A stretch of 64,000 nt of DNA from Albugo candida (taxonomy: Eukaryota). The stretch lies in NCBI GenBank assembly GCA_040437565.1, contig JBDOQK010000018.1, forward strand, positions 310,001 to 374,000. The letters are read 5' to 3'. The notes beneath the pieces are model-generated. The model worked only from the letters and a program-made list of their open reading frames with translations, did no database searches and was not told the origin of the DNA. The position numbers and the translations under genes are program-made. The number at the start of each line of letters is the position of its first letter. Position 1 is the first letter of the stretch. This document shows, piece after piece, positions 1 through 12,790 of the stretch.

Positions 1-77
1 CTACGTAGCGTTTTCGGATTGTTCCAGCCCTCTGATGAAGGAAGGGCCTCGAGTAGTCTAATTCGGAGATCACCACA
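1..77 (+). repeat. 3' end of the 5' LTR
   Basis: Ends in CACCACA. Aligns to 7241-7313 with about 9 substitutions and one 4-bp indel. Confidence 0.88.
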
Positions 78-3000
78 AAGATCTTTGGTATACAACTACG
101 AAAATGTACCAGGAAAACAAGGAGAGAGAGGACCCTCGCGTCAGGAACGCCACGACCAAGGAGATGTCTCCAATAACCATTTTTCAGGCGGTATAAGCTC
201 CGAGAATGACGAGCACTGACCGCAACTTCCTGGTGGAATGGAAAAGAGTGAGAATTGAGCACGAAAGACTGGTGAAAAGAAACGATGGCGTCAATGTCGC
301 TTTAATAAGAAAACCTGTTGATCCCAGTGTGTTGGAATCGATGGTGGACTGGGTTTTTAATGTGGCTTCATAGGAGGATATCACGAAGGAGATGCTAATG
401 ACGTTTGTCAACAAACAGTGCGAGGATGGTGCTATGGATGGAAACGCTGGAGCAATACCTCAAGTATTTGCAAATTTGAAGATGGATTTGGACTTTCCGA
501 TACCTATTCTCGATGCTTGAAGATGTTTCAAAAATTTAAGCGAATGTCTAAACGAGCCGGTCTGTTGAGATATTTTGAAAAGAACCCTAAAGAATAGTGT
601 AAATTGCTCGTCAATGCGGTTATACCTATGGATCTTCAGTTTGAAATCCGTCAAATGATCAAGTTTGAAGTCGACGGCATGAGGTCAGATCCGAAGATGC
701 TATTTAAACAATTGACGAAAAAGGCAGCACAGTTCGATCATTCTTACTTGGCAAGAAACTTTCTCATCGCTGCAACTGGAGACCTCAAACCGATAGGTTG
801 TGATGCTGAGAAAGTGAAACGACCAGTAGAGAAGTCGGCAAACCAGAAAAGCAAAGATCACACACATGCAAAAAATGCCTTGGGTAAAAATAGCGGTGCA
901 ACTGTGCGACAAACAAGCCTAGATGAAAACCGAAGCAGGGATGCTGGAATTGTGGTCAAGATCACTGGCTAAGTGAATGTCCAAGCTTAAGTGGAGCTAA
1001 GAAGAAAGAAGTGGCTGCAAAAAAGCGGACCGAATATTCTGCGAAATGTTACCGCGTTTGAGTGACGCTGATGCAAAAAGTGGATGGCGTCGTTTGAAGT
1101 GGACAGTGGAAAAGTTACCACTATTCCTGCTTGACCAGATAACGGAGAAGATGATACCAAGAAATTACCGTATGGGAAATGTGGAAGTTTCCAAAGAGTG
1201 CTGCCAAAAGGTAAACATGCAGTTGTGTCTGCAGACTACAGTTGTCCGGTAAAGTTTTCGGATACGGATTGTTACATTGCTCAAGAGGCGTCGTGGGAAA
1301 TCCTTCTGGAAAACTTTTGTTAAATGCGGTTGGTATAGACGTCGAAGAGCAGCTGATTTCTCTAGCTGAGAGCCAGAGTCAATGTGACAGGGATGGTGGA
1401 CTTATGGAAGTTGAGGAGTGCTTGGCGGAGGACCGTAATACTGTAGAGGAACAAATAGCACAGGTGGTGACTGCCTATATTAAGACTGTCTGAGGGAAGA
1501 AAATTCGTGAGCCGTTGGTTGGTTTACTTTCGAATTATCAATGTTATTTTGCGTCGGAATTGTTTGGCTCTACACCTGCGAAGATTGAGCCGCTGTCGTT
1601 ACAGGTCGTGAAAGATGTACAAGTGGTTCGTGGATGATTTAGAACGTATGCTTCCTTGAAGGTTCAAGTGATCAGGAACATGTGGGCAAGCTTCTTTCAG
1701 CAGATTTCATTTATAAAAACACCAGTTCGAGGTGGAATTCTCCCTTTTTTCCCGTAAAAAAACCTGGAAAAACGCAATAAAGAATGACCATAGACTATCG
1801 TGAGGTGAACAGGATGATTCAACCGAAGTGTGGTTCAATGTTTTATTGGCGACAAAAACCGTTGTCTTGAAGAAAATGACCACGTTTGGAATTATGGACA
1901 TGTTCTATGGTTTCTGGAAAATCCGTTACACGTGGACAGTTAAGAGATACTTTCTTTTGCTACCGATTGCAAAGTCTACACNNNNNNNNNNNNNNNNNNN
2001 NNNNNNNNNNNNNNNNNNNNNNNNNNNNNNNNNNNNNNNNNNNNNNNNNNNNNNNNNNNNNNNNNNNNNNNNNNNNNNNNNGGAAAATCCGTTACACGTG
2101 GACAGTTAAGAGATACTTTCTTTTGCTACCGATTGCAAAGTCTACACACCTAATCGTGTACCTCAAGGCGCAGTTGATTCTGCTTTGCATTTTCAAGCAG
2201 TTATGATCAAGTGCTTTGATGTATTTTTGGATAAACCAGTTCTCATTTGGATGAACGACCTGTTGTTGTTTGCACGAGATGAGGTCAGTTCTCTCAGGTA
2301 TTAGAGGATGTTTTGAATATTGTTAAAAAAAAATACAAAGTGAAGATAAACCCGGGTAAAACCAGTCTGTTCTTGAAAGAAGCTCGTTTGTGTGGGAAGA
2401 TTTATGATGGAGATGGAGTAAAGCAAGAACCTGAGAAGTTACAAGGTCTGTGGTACTTGAGAAGTCCGAATACAGTCGATGAAATGCAACAGTTTCTTTG
2501 TGGAATGAACTGGTTGCGAGGGTGGTAACCAGCAGAATTTATTTACAAGAATCTCATTCGCATTTTTGCTCCGGACCGAAACACAAAGAAGAACTCAGTT
2601 GGAAGACTCCATCGGTGGAGCATGAAACTGGTGTCATTTGAATATGAGTCTTATCATATAGCACGAATTTTGAATGTATGGGCGGATACCCTTTCTCGCT
2701 GGCTAGAGGCACCATATGAGCTCAAGTCGATAAGAAGGTTGATCAAAAATCCAACTTCCGTCTCCGAACAGTACTCTACTTTGTCAAGGATTTCATTACA
2801 CTGTTTATCTGGTTCTTTAACTACCTTACTTATCCTATCATGAGCCCCTGACCGTGTGAATATCACTTAAGTCTGACTTCAAACCTAGGGAGGCAGATAT
2901 ATTCCAAACTTATTGCTTGGGTGGGCTCAAACCGCTGCCCACACTGCCGGGGACAGAACTAACGACCTCCGACAGGGGGTCCGTGCGCTCAAGTGCTTAA

Positions 3001-4518
3001 CCGATTGAGCTGGGGCTGACCCCTTTGAACAGTACTCTACTATTTAACCATTGGGAGCAGACAATATGCCCCTGCCAACGTATGAAAATATAGGGGAAAT
3101 GCAGATGACACATTATGCCGGTGGAGTTGCCGGTTTGAAATTCTTCAAGTTGAAACAAGTTTGGGAGATAGAGGGGCTTATTTGGATCCACAATCAAGAT
3201 GTAGAAGTCATTATTCGACTACTGATTATGGACACCATGGTATTGCAGGACATCGTGGTTCAAAGGCTCTTTCATCCATGCTGGGAAGGATATTCTGGAT
3301 ACATCAGCTTCAAGCCAAGTGCGACGAATTTTTTAGGAAATGTACAATCGAGGAAGGAAAAATTATACCGTGGAGCACTGTACGTGGACACCACAAACGA
3401 AACGAACGATTACATTTGGGATTACTGTTTTGTTGGTCCATCGTACAATGGTGAGCAATGGGTGCTGGGATTGAAAGACGCTTCCAGTCATTATTGTTTA
3501 TTGCGTACTTGTGACAACCCGACTGCTGAACATGCTGCTTTGTACATGCTGGAATGGAATCGTTGTTTGGGATGCCAGAAATTTGGGTCAGCGATAGTGG
3601 AATTCAATTCAAAAACAAAGTGATCACTGAGCTCTCTCGTCTTACCGGATCTTCATGCGTATTGTCATTGGAAGAACGGAAGTGTAGAGCGCGTCAATAG
3701 AGATTTACTCCAGGTGCTGAGGGCTATGGTGACAGAAATGAAACTGGATATAAAGAAATGGCCGGATATTATCTCGAGTGCTATGGTAATATTGAACCAT
3801 ACTCCTTGTCAATCGCTCGGTGGAAGAAGTGCTATCAAATGTTTTACAGTATTAAAGCCAGACACTCCAATTAATCGTGTTTTTTATTGATGATATGGCT
3901 ACCCCGAGAGCAGTGGGAATACGTACATGTGATGAAGAGATGCAGATTTTGCACCAGTCACTTGTGAATATTCATCTGGAGATTGTTGATGAATTGGAGA
4001 GAAGACAACTCAAAAGTCAACTGGCTCAGAGAGGCGTGCAACCTGCGTTATTTACTGTTGGTGATATGGTTCTTTGGGCAGGAGTCGATATGAAACTGCA
4101 TCCGAACAAACTGAGGGTCAATTGGCTCGGCCCCTATCGAGTTGCAGAATGCAAGGAATATTCATGTGTGATCAAACACTTGTTCTAAGGTCGTGCAAAT
4201 TAAGTCCATCACAGTCGGTTGAAATTCTATCGCGACTCGGAGCTAGAGGCAACTGAAGACATCATGGCGCACGTATCGAACCAAGATTTGATGCTAAATG
4301 TGGAGTCGATCCGAGGTCATCACAAAGTGCACGGGAAATGGGAGTTACTGATCAAATGGCAGGGTCTCGAAGAGGTGGAGGCATCATGGGAGCCTTATGT
4401 ATCTTTGAAGCGAGATGTACCTACTCTGATCACGAGATATTGTCAGAGTTGTGACTCAAAAGAGTTGAAGATACTGGATTCCCATTTTGGGAGCAGTGTG
4501 GTGGATAATGGCGGTTAA
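78..4518 (+). pseudogene. gag-pol pseudogene with C-terminal chromodomain
   Basis: Fragmented ORFs 604-972, 1828-2206, 2313-2528, 2622-2760, 3051-4188 and 4219-4518 carry the motifs listed for the element. Confidence 0.88.
2781..3026 (-). mobile_element. tRNA-derived SINE-like retroposon inserted in the Gypsy pol
   Basis: Exact 15-bp direct repeat GAACAGTACTCTACT at 2766-2780 and 3027-3041 (TSD). The minus-strand head GGGGTCAGCCCCAGCTCAATCGG is A-box-like, followed by a B-box-like AGTTCTGTCCC. Confidence 0.8.
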
Positions 4519-7313
4519 ATGGCCAGGCAATCCTCCGTTGTATTATGGACAGTATGGTACACGTGGATGTGTGGTATACATCAGTCTAGTTCATACGGTG
4601 CATGGCACTTAAAACCAGCAAACCCTGATTTGAATGGCCAATTTTTGGATCATAATACCCTATAATGTTGCCGCTGTTGATTGGCTAAAAGTACATCATG
4701 AGGCACGGATATAATGTTGCCACTGCTGATTGGCTGAAAGTACATCATAAACAATCGTCCTTGCCCTGACCTAGCCTCAGTCGTCGCCACTAAGTACTTA
4801 CTCACTTGAAAACTCAACCATCAACCTGCATTCCGACAATATCGTACAAGTATGCCTCGCCTAACAAAGTTAATAAGGCAGATGCGGGAAATGAGAGAGG
4901 TCGAGCGCGCCAAAACCGATAACAGCTCAGGCATTCATATGTCTACTGATAGCAGTTCTGTAGAAGACCTGGATGTTTCGGAGGGCAATGATGACGAAAA
5001 TCTCGACTTCGCATCTGTTTAAGAAAATATTGGAAGAGCCTATCAAGCAGCTGTTATAGTTCTACCGTTACCAGGATTAAACCATAACATATCAATCCAA
5101 TATACAGGTGGCGCACCTCGAACTCAAAGACGGAAAAGAGCCGAGCTGAAGAAGGCTGCTGTTGGCTGTAATCTTTTGACCAAATACTTTGCTGTTGCAG
5201 GACTAATTTTGCAAGAAGCTGAGGTCACGGATGAGGGTGACAAAGATGATGACGACGAGGATGGTGCAGTCTGGACCAGGGAGAGGCTGACAAGCACCAT
5301 TAACACATTTGCCACCTGAGCAAAGACTGGTAAAGCCGAGCAAAACCGGCGACTTGCAGTCTTTTCTTATCTTCAGCTGGTAAAATCTGGATATGCGCGA
5401 ATAGCAGCTAGCACACTGATAGCGGAAGGTGCTGGGAGGGGTGTGTATTTTTGCGCTCTCTGCGTGCTTGGGCAACACTCTGTCTAGACGGCAAAGAATT
5501 GCCTTTGTCGCAGACGGGAAAACATGCAAAACGGCGAAGCTACCTACAGGATGAGGACTGCATTCTACCGTTTCAGGAGTATCTTCCAGCGAACAAGTTC
5601 AAGGTGGAAGTATCAGCTCTGACAGAAAATGTCAACACAAACAACCTTCCGCAACTTGGATACGCCCCATCTCCCACAATCTCTGAAAGGACTGTGACAC
5701 GCTGGCTCCATTCACTGGACATCAAATACCGCACAGTGACTAAAGGAATACACATTGACGGCCATGAGCGGGAGGATGTCATTGCTTTCCGGCAACACTT
5801 CCTGGAGCGAATGGCCGACCTTGAGGCGCGGATGCCGACTGTTGTTGGGAAGGAGGAAGTCGATGGTAACAATGATTCAAATTCAATCTCCTGGACCCCT
5901 GATGGCATTCGTCCACTCATCTTGGTAACTCATGATGAGAGAACTTTTGCCGCTCATGATGAACTCAAGCATCTTTGGTCGCCAGAAGGTGAACAACCAT
6001 TACGAAAAAAGACAGGGCAGGTCCATTCACGTCAGCGACTTCCTTTGCAACATCGTAGGCCGGATAGCACTTGATTAAGAAAAGGCTGCTCAGCATCCTG
6101 ACCTACAAGCAGCATGACGGATGGTGGACATCGGAAAACCTGTGCAAACAAGTCTGTAACTTTGCTTTCCCAATCTTCGAAGCTCAATTTCCCGTCTGTC
6201 AAGCTCTTTTTGCCTTCGACAATGCAACTGGACACAGTGCATTCGCCCCTGATGCCCTTCGCGCCGGCGCAATGAACTTGTCAAGTGTAGTCAATCAGCC
6301 AAAGATGCCTGCAACAACGTAGGGACACGGAGTCTCTCAGGATTTGATTCTTCTTATGACCATCCTGATGAAACGCTCCGTGGTCAGGAAAAGGGACTGA
6401 GTTGTGCTGGAGGAACGTGGGTTGTAGGATGCTGGTCTGAAGGCGCGATGCAAAATATGTCCTGTGGATGGCGCAACCTGCTGCGCCAGAAAAATTATGG
6501 CCAATCAATCAGACTTCAAAGCACAAGTAGGAATGATGGAGGAGCTAATTGTTGCCGCTGGTCATCAAGTGATATTTTACCCAAAATTTCACTGCGAGAT
6601 CAACTAAATCGAAAAGTTTTGGGCAGCCGCTAAGCTATACGCCAGAAAACACTGCGATTACACTTGGAAAAATTTACTGGTAACAGTTCTAGCTGCCTTG
6701 GCATCTGGTCCACTGGACGAGATACGTCGACACTCACGAAAAGCTTTGCGATACATGGACGTTTATCAAAAAGGTCTCACCGGAAAAGAAGCAGAGTATG
6801 CGGTGAACAAGTACAAATCCCACCGACTTGTACCCAATTCTGTTTCGATGGATGTGGGTGTTATGACAAGATAAGTAGCACCTTTATTGACAGTNNNNNN
6901 NNNNNNNNNNNNNNNNNNNNNNNNNNNNNNNNNNNNNNNNNNNNNNNNNNNNNNNNNNNNNNNNNNNNNNNNNNNNNNNNNNNNNNNNNNNNNNCTTGTG
7001 AAGGGAAGCTTAGAGCATGCTCTTTGTTGCCAAAGGCTTCTTTTCTGTGTAATTTGTATTCTGGCCAAGCCTTAGCGATTCTTGCAGGGCCACTAAAGCT
7101 GCTGGCTTTAAGTGACATGCACTATATCTATTGGAGATTAAACCAGTGGCTGCGGGTGAACCCTCCTTTAGGCTTAGACTAACTAGTATAGTGAACTAAG
7201 ACCTTGGAAAAATAATATACATACTTTTTGCTTTATATTGTTACGTAGTGTTTCCGGATTATTTCAACCCTCTGATCAAGGGCCTCGAGTAGTCTAATTC
7301 GGAGACCACGACA
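4497..7313 (+). repeat. 3' LTR (about 286 bp: 4497-4595 plus 7127-7313), split by a DNA transposon
   Basis: Starts TGTGGTG (reverse complement of CACCACA, the 5' LTR end) after the short purine-rich tract GGGAGCAG. Its end matches the 5' LTR. Confidence 0.85.
4596..7124 (+). mobile_element. IS630/Tc1/mariner-type DNA transposon with long-spacer DDE transposase pseudogene
   Basis: 25-bp TIRs CGGTGCATGGCACTTAAAACCAGCA / TGCTGGCTTTAAGTGACATGCACTA (4 mismatches), flanked by TA at 4594-4595 and 7125-7126. Transposase motifs DGHEREDV, VTHDE, DGWW, FDNATGH, FYPKFHCEIN*IE, YKSHR over about 4850-6840. Confidence 0.9.
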
Positions 7314-7419
7314 CGTGTACGTCTATCTATTAGGAGCATGTTCTTAGTATGTTCATTATGACTCTAACTGAAATGGTACCCGTACGATGCATTTTGTGGA
7401 CATTTTTTTCTGACCATAC

Positions 7420-8620
7420 CAAGCACTCGATATCCTCAAGATATCACAAAGTCGTCATTCCACTATGGTTTATATGATTTCAGGATCGCAATGTGGAAGC
7501 AGACGTGTGTTTGGTGACACCAAAAATAGTGGGATCTTTAAAACGAGGACTTATCACAGCAGGAACGATTCACCAACATGTTGGATATTCTTATATGGTT
7601 TGATATCGACCTCCGTATTTATTTTGAGCAGAGACAACAATCGAAGGTGTCTTTTCTTATAGTCGATTTTTGGGAATGGTATCCAAACCAGTTCGGCCGC
7701 GATTCGCTCAGGCGTTTCGGTTTCGGTCATCAAGTGACTTCTTTGGTGAACGTTGGCTATACTTCGCATCAGATCTTGATTTCATAGTGGGCTTCTAGTA
7801 GAAGTGAAGTAAAAAAAGTGTTAAATCAATCTACATCGAGCTTTGCGCCGCTTGTACGCCGAAAGAGCGCAATTTCTTCGATAAGATTAATTGGATGGAG
7901 CATTATTGAGTCCCGACAGGAGACTGGAACAAGGTTATCTGGTTCAGTTTGGCATTCAATTCACAGACAGGGCGTATCTTCTCCACCTAGTTTTAAGAAT
8001 CAGCTCTTTGAAAATGTAGGAAAGGCTTCACCACCGGATAAGCCGTACCCAGTATTGTTACACGTACCAGAAACTGATGCAACTGGTGCTGTGTCCGGGT
8101 GACGAAATTTTACCAGCTCTTTAAACGTCTTGGCAGACGTTTGCAAAGAATACACTCGGATCTCCAGTTCCGATTCTCGTGCTGCATCTTATTAGTTCGT
8201 GAAAGTTTCTGTTTTTTACAGCACACACATCCGGATATCACCCAAGAACTATGAAGCATCGTGCTGGCGTAAATCACCGGCATTTGTTTATCGACTAGAG
8301 CAGAACAATTGCTCCAAATTTGTCGCGGTGGCGTTCCATTTTATTCTAACGGATCTGAGCCGCAGATTTTTCGACCAAAGCACTCTTATAGCTAACCCCC
8401 TGCTGTATTTAAAGCCCACTCAGCGCCCGTAACCGATATATTCAATGACAATGCTATAGTACTTTGCAGCTTGGGCAATAGGTAAAAGTATTAGAGTCAA
8501 TTCAATATACTGGTACAGCACGGATTTATTTCTCTTCTCGCTCAGTCTTCTTATTTTTCGAGAACCTTGAACAATTTAAGTCGGTTTTGGGTGGTGATTC
8601 TACCCAGTACCACTTCTCTG
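7420..8620 (+). pseudogene. Highly decayed 3' part of a LINE (L1/Tx1-like) ORF2
   Basis: PPDKPYPVLLHVPETD (about 8030) parallels PPDKTHPMLLHLPERD (about 35258). Further nucleotide similarity to 34600-35900. Confidence 0.7.
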
Positions 8621-8749
8621 TCCGCTGAATACTTCGTTGGGGATTTTCTGCATCAACGTTGCATGTATTTTTGTTTATTTATTATAGTCTCGGCAAATAA
8701 AGAAGTCATCTACGTCTAACTCTAGTTCTGCTAGCAACAACAATTTGGG

Positions 8750-11700
8750 ATCCATTTTAATCTAGGGCGGTCACTTCTAGATGTACTGGCTACTACGTAA
8801 CAAGTAACAATGATTAGAGTCGCTCTTTCGACACAATCAAGTGTATTGGCGACATTGGCGCTGACTTGGCAACCTTGCAAAATCCTCCGGTGTTGATTGC
8901 TTGCAGATTGTTCACGAGTCATCACCCCTGTATGATTAATCAAAAGATACCTCCACCCCGTGTGATCCGAAACAAGAAAGCAAATGTAATACTCCCATTA
9001 CCTCGTCAAATGGTAGTAAAAAGGCAGCTGCAAGCGTGGATGAACCCACACGTCCCACTTTGGTTAGTATCATCAAGTTCGAAGAATTCTTGCGTGATGA
9101 TAAGGCTAAAGTGAAAACGCGGTAACGCAGGGAGCTTTATAAGCATCGTATATTGATGCAATATTAAAAAATCTATGCTGGATAGTATCCAGAATGGTCA
9201 GTTGTTGCTGCAATAAGCGAAGCAGGACGGCCTTACAAAATTTCACAACAAATATTTCCTATAATTTTGAAAACGGGTCAAGCATTGAAGCGCGTTCCAG
9301 ATGGAAAATTGTTACCTATACTCCACCGGGATATTACGACCCGGTGTTCGAATATCTACTGGATAGTTACCAGATTGCTCAGGTGTTCCATGAGATGATG
9401 TGAAACGGTCAAGTAGTATTATACGCTTGAACTCTAGTACTACAAGAATGCATTCGGAGTGAATCTTGAGAACGAAAAGGAAGGTATTTGAAATCACTCC
9501 ACGAAAATAAATGTGGAGTACTCATCAAAACCTCCTGAGGAGAAATGCATCAAGAAGAGTGGTCATGGCGATGTAAAGAATTCACTTTTGTGTGTCCTCT
9601 ACGCGTCCATAGGCATTGATGCATGTTGGGAAAGTAATCAAGAAAAAGCGTTAGGCAGACAGGTCTCCCCTGCACGGGTTAAGAATGCTCATATTTGGAC
9701 AAAGCGAGCACGTTTCGGTCAACGTGGGCACTGCTTACCAGCGGCGGAGACAAAACGCCAAAAAAGAACAGAGCCCATCACCACAAAACATACATCCGTG
9801 GTCGCCACAAAAGAGATAGAATCACCTGTCCTATTCAAAAGAGGGAAAAGCAAGAGAAACGGAAAGCCTAGGACGAAATATCGTTGGAGTCTAATTTTTC
9901 TCGAGGAATCAAGACACCAGGTACCTCAACCCCGCCCCCCCCGCAAGCAACCCTCCTCTTCTTGTACTTGAGGACAACCAGATCAACCAGTGTTCTTGTA
10001 ACCGGTGACGTGGGATGAGATATAGCAATGCTGGTGGTTCGTTCATGAAAGAAAAGTCCCCGCGTGGATCCATTTCGTCACATGGTTTCAAAGGGAAGCC
10101 CTCATGATCTACCTGGTTTGGTAACCAAGAATCATTTATCCACTCCGGTGATAATTGAGGTGGAGATGAAGGAATTCGGAGCGGTTGGCAACGCGGAGAA
10201 TGATACACGGTTTCAAATTATCGTGAATACACGGATGCAAGAATAATTAATTAGTCATTTTAAAAGAGGCTGCCCATTTTTTTCGCAAACGCCCCACCAA
10301 GATCGAAAAAACGGAGCGACCAACTCGGTTTGGCGAACTGGGAGAGATGATGGAAATTGATTTCAGAAATGCAATCTACACATTCCGACCAGACGAGCTG
10401 GTCCAAGATGCTGCAGGAATCTCTCATATGCGAAGGCTCATACAGTTCTACACATATCCGGCAAAAATTATACGAGCAGCACTTGATCATCCTATCATAA
10501 TGAATGGCGGGCTTCTCGCGTGTATGGAGTCGAATGGTAGGGCCTTGAAGGACGTGGCATATCTTCTAATGATTAATAGAGTCTTCGCTGCTCATGACTT
10601 GAATGAAGATGTCACGTTTTCGACACGATATTGTCTACATGTTGGTGGAAATGTTCCATCGATACTTGATCTGATGGTCAAGCGAGCCGCCACACGGTAG
10701 ACGGCAATGCAGAAAATGTCTCTCGTTTTGTCAAGGGCAACAAAAGTTTTCGCTATGTTGGAACTACTACTCATGTGTACTACCCCACTTTTTGCTGGGT
10801 ACAATATCTCACTGATTGGCCAGTGATTTGGATTCCTGGACATCATTGTCGATTGTTTCCCACCAATGTGCTACTCTCATTGTCACGCTCAGGAGTAGGC
10901 ATGAAGTGCTGGTACCAGTGGTATCGACGTAAATGGCGAGGTGTTTTCTGTATTGATATCGACGAGCTCTCCCTTAGAACTTAATTTTCCCCGGAAGAAT
11001 CAACAACACTAAACCTATCACAACCAGATGGTGAAAACGAAGTTGACCGATGGCCCACTTAAGCGTGAATGCTGAAGGCTCCTCAATTATAACAACGTGT
11101 GACAACATTTCAGCACTCATGGTGAATAGTAATGGAATTTATAAAAATGGCCATCTTTTTTATTGACCACGTACTATCACAACACTCTATTTGTTGTGTT
11201 CAAGAAACGAAGTTCCACGACCACAACCAACTGGAATCAATTTTTAGTTTTTATTACATTCAAAAATGAAGCAGATAATGTTGGTCAATGGTCCAAAACA
11301 GTGCTTTTCTCCATCTTATTTTTATTCATTTATTTAGATATCTCAAAATCGCAGTGACGGCGTCAATACATACTTCGTATTGAAAAGCTGAAGAGCTCAC
11401 CAACGAAGTATTCGCATTCGCTAGTCGGTTTTACGTCTCTCATTCACGAGGCACCAGTGTATATTCATAAGTATATGCACTGGTCGAGGCCGAGGAAAGG
11501 ATGATATTCTATGAGGTATTATTCTCCAAATCTTTCGAAGCGATGACAACATACGTCGCATTTGATGATTTCAACAGACCAATCGATCCAGCTATCGATT
11601 CTTCGAGCGGAACAATTCGACACGAACCAAGTCGATTAGCGTGTGTGGAATGGCTTTCACAGTTGGGTGTGGTAGACGCTTGGTGAATTCAACATCCAAC

Positions 11701-11825
11701 TGAGAAAGTAGTTACAGGACCATTACCGCGCAAGAATCGACTTGATTATATCTGCATGTCGGAAGAGCTATTCAATATGGTATACAAAACCTCTGAGTAT
11801 TTTCGTCCACGACATGCCGGAGATC
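8750..11825 (+). mobile_element. Decayed LINE 5' portion: possible ORF1 remnants plus APE endonuclease
   Basis: 11380-11825 reads VYIH.VYA...ER..F, DDFN, VDAW*IQHP..T, RLDYI, AGD(H), which are L1-type APE motifs. The ORF1 assignment of 8750-10750 is positional inference only. Confidence 0.65.
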
Positions 11826-12790
11826 NNNNNNNNNNNNNNNNNNNNNNNNNNNNNNNNNNNNNNNNNNNNNNNNNNNNNNNNNNNNNNNNNNNNNNNNNNN
11901 NNNNNNNNNNNNNNNNNNNNNNNNNATATTCTGCCCAACATTATATTGTGCACGCAGCCTTCGTGTGGGGCAGTGGAATTCAATCAACATCACTTTCTAA
12001 AGTGCTATCACTCGGGGAAATTATGGATGGAGTTACTCCCTTGTTGAGATCAGTTTTTCTCCTCCCGACCACGTTGGACGCATATTGGATGTGCAATCGT
12101 ACCAACACTACGGTCGGATTGGAAAGAATATTTACAAAGTATATCACATTTATGGCTTGCGTTGCAATCGGTGACGCTGCACGTCTTCTGGACGGATCGG
12201 AACCGTCACTTACGCGATCAGCAATAATAAACTCCGACAGTTCCAGCACGTTTCAGGACCGACAACACGTTTAATACGCACGTTCGCTACTTTCGAAGGA
12301 AGTGTTACGATCAAGACAAACGCATTCTGATTTCAAGGGTGCTGGATCAACTCGCTACAGAAGGAGCATTCGGTTGGTTTTTCAGAACTCAAAGATCATT
12401 GCCCCGGGTATCACACAGGCAAGTAGCAATGCAAGGGCAAAACGGATACTAGTCCTAGTTCTAGTTGGATGGCTCTGTACATCCTAGTATGGCGCACAGC
12501 AATTCGCAAAACTCGTTATTGCGTTCTTTTCTCGAAATCGAAATCTGCGTCCAATAAAAAATGCCGCTGCGTTTTTTTGCCAACGCCCCACCCCAAACCT
12601 CACAGACCGCAACCCACCCAGCATGCCTTCCACGCCGCAACATCTTTTGTCTGGTGTCCCTCTGCCACCCTACGCCCGTACATAGCAATAGCGTAACCTT
12701 CAAACATCCGACCAACACCAAAACAACTCTCCTTCTTCTCACCCATCCAGATCTGTGTCGCATTCATTGTCAGCATCCTCGTCGCCCCAC

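Larger units (their letters stand above)
1..7313 (+). mobile_element. Degenerate Ty3/Gypsy chromovirus LTR retrotransposon (5' LTR cut by the window edge)
   Basis: Order gag-like, RT, RNase H, integrase, chromodomain, with many stops and frameshifts. RT fragments: GIMDMFYGFW, RVPQG, WMNDLL, CGKIYDG, QQFLCGMNW. RNase H: HIARILNVWADTLSRW. Integrase: GHHGIAGHRG, ERVNR, GDMVL...LRVNWLGPYRV. Chromodomain: ELLIKWQGLEEVEASWEP. Bases 1-77 match 7241-7313. Confidence 0.93.

Noticed and set aside
78-100. tRNA primer-binding site or Tf1-like self-priming site
   Set aside because: TGGTATAC is offset from the LTR end, does not match the iMet PBS TGGTATCAGAGC, and no convincing complement was found in the LTR.
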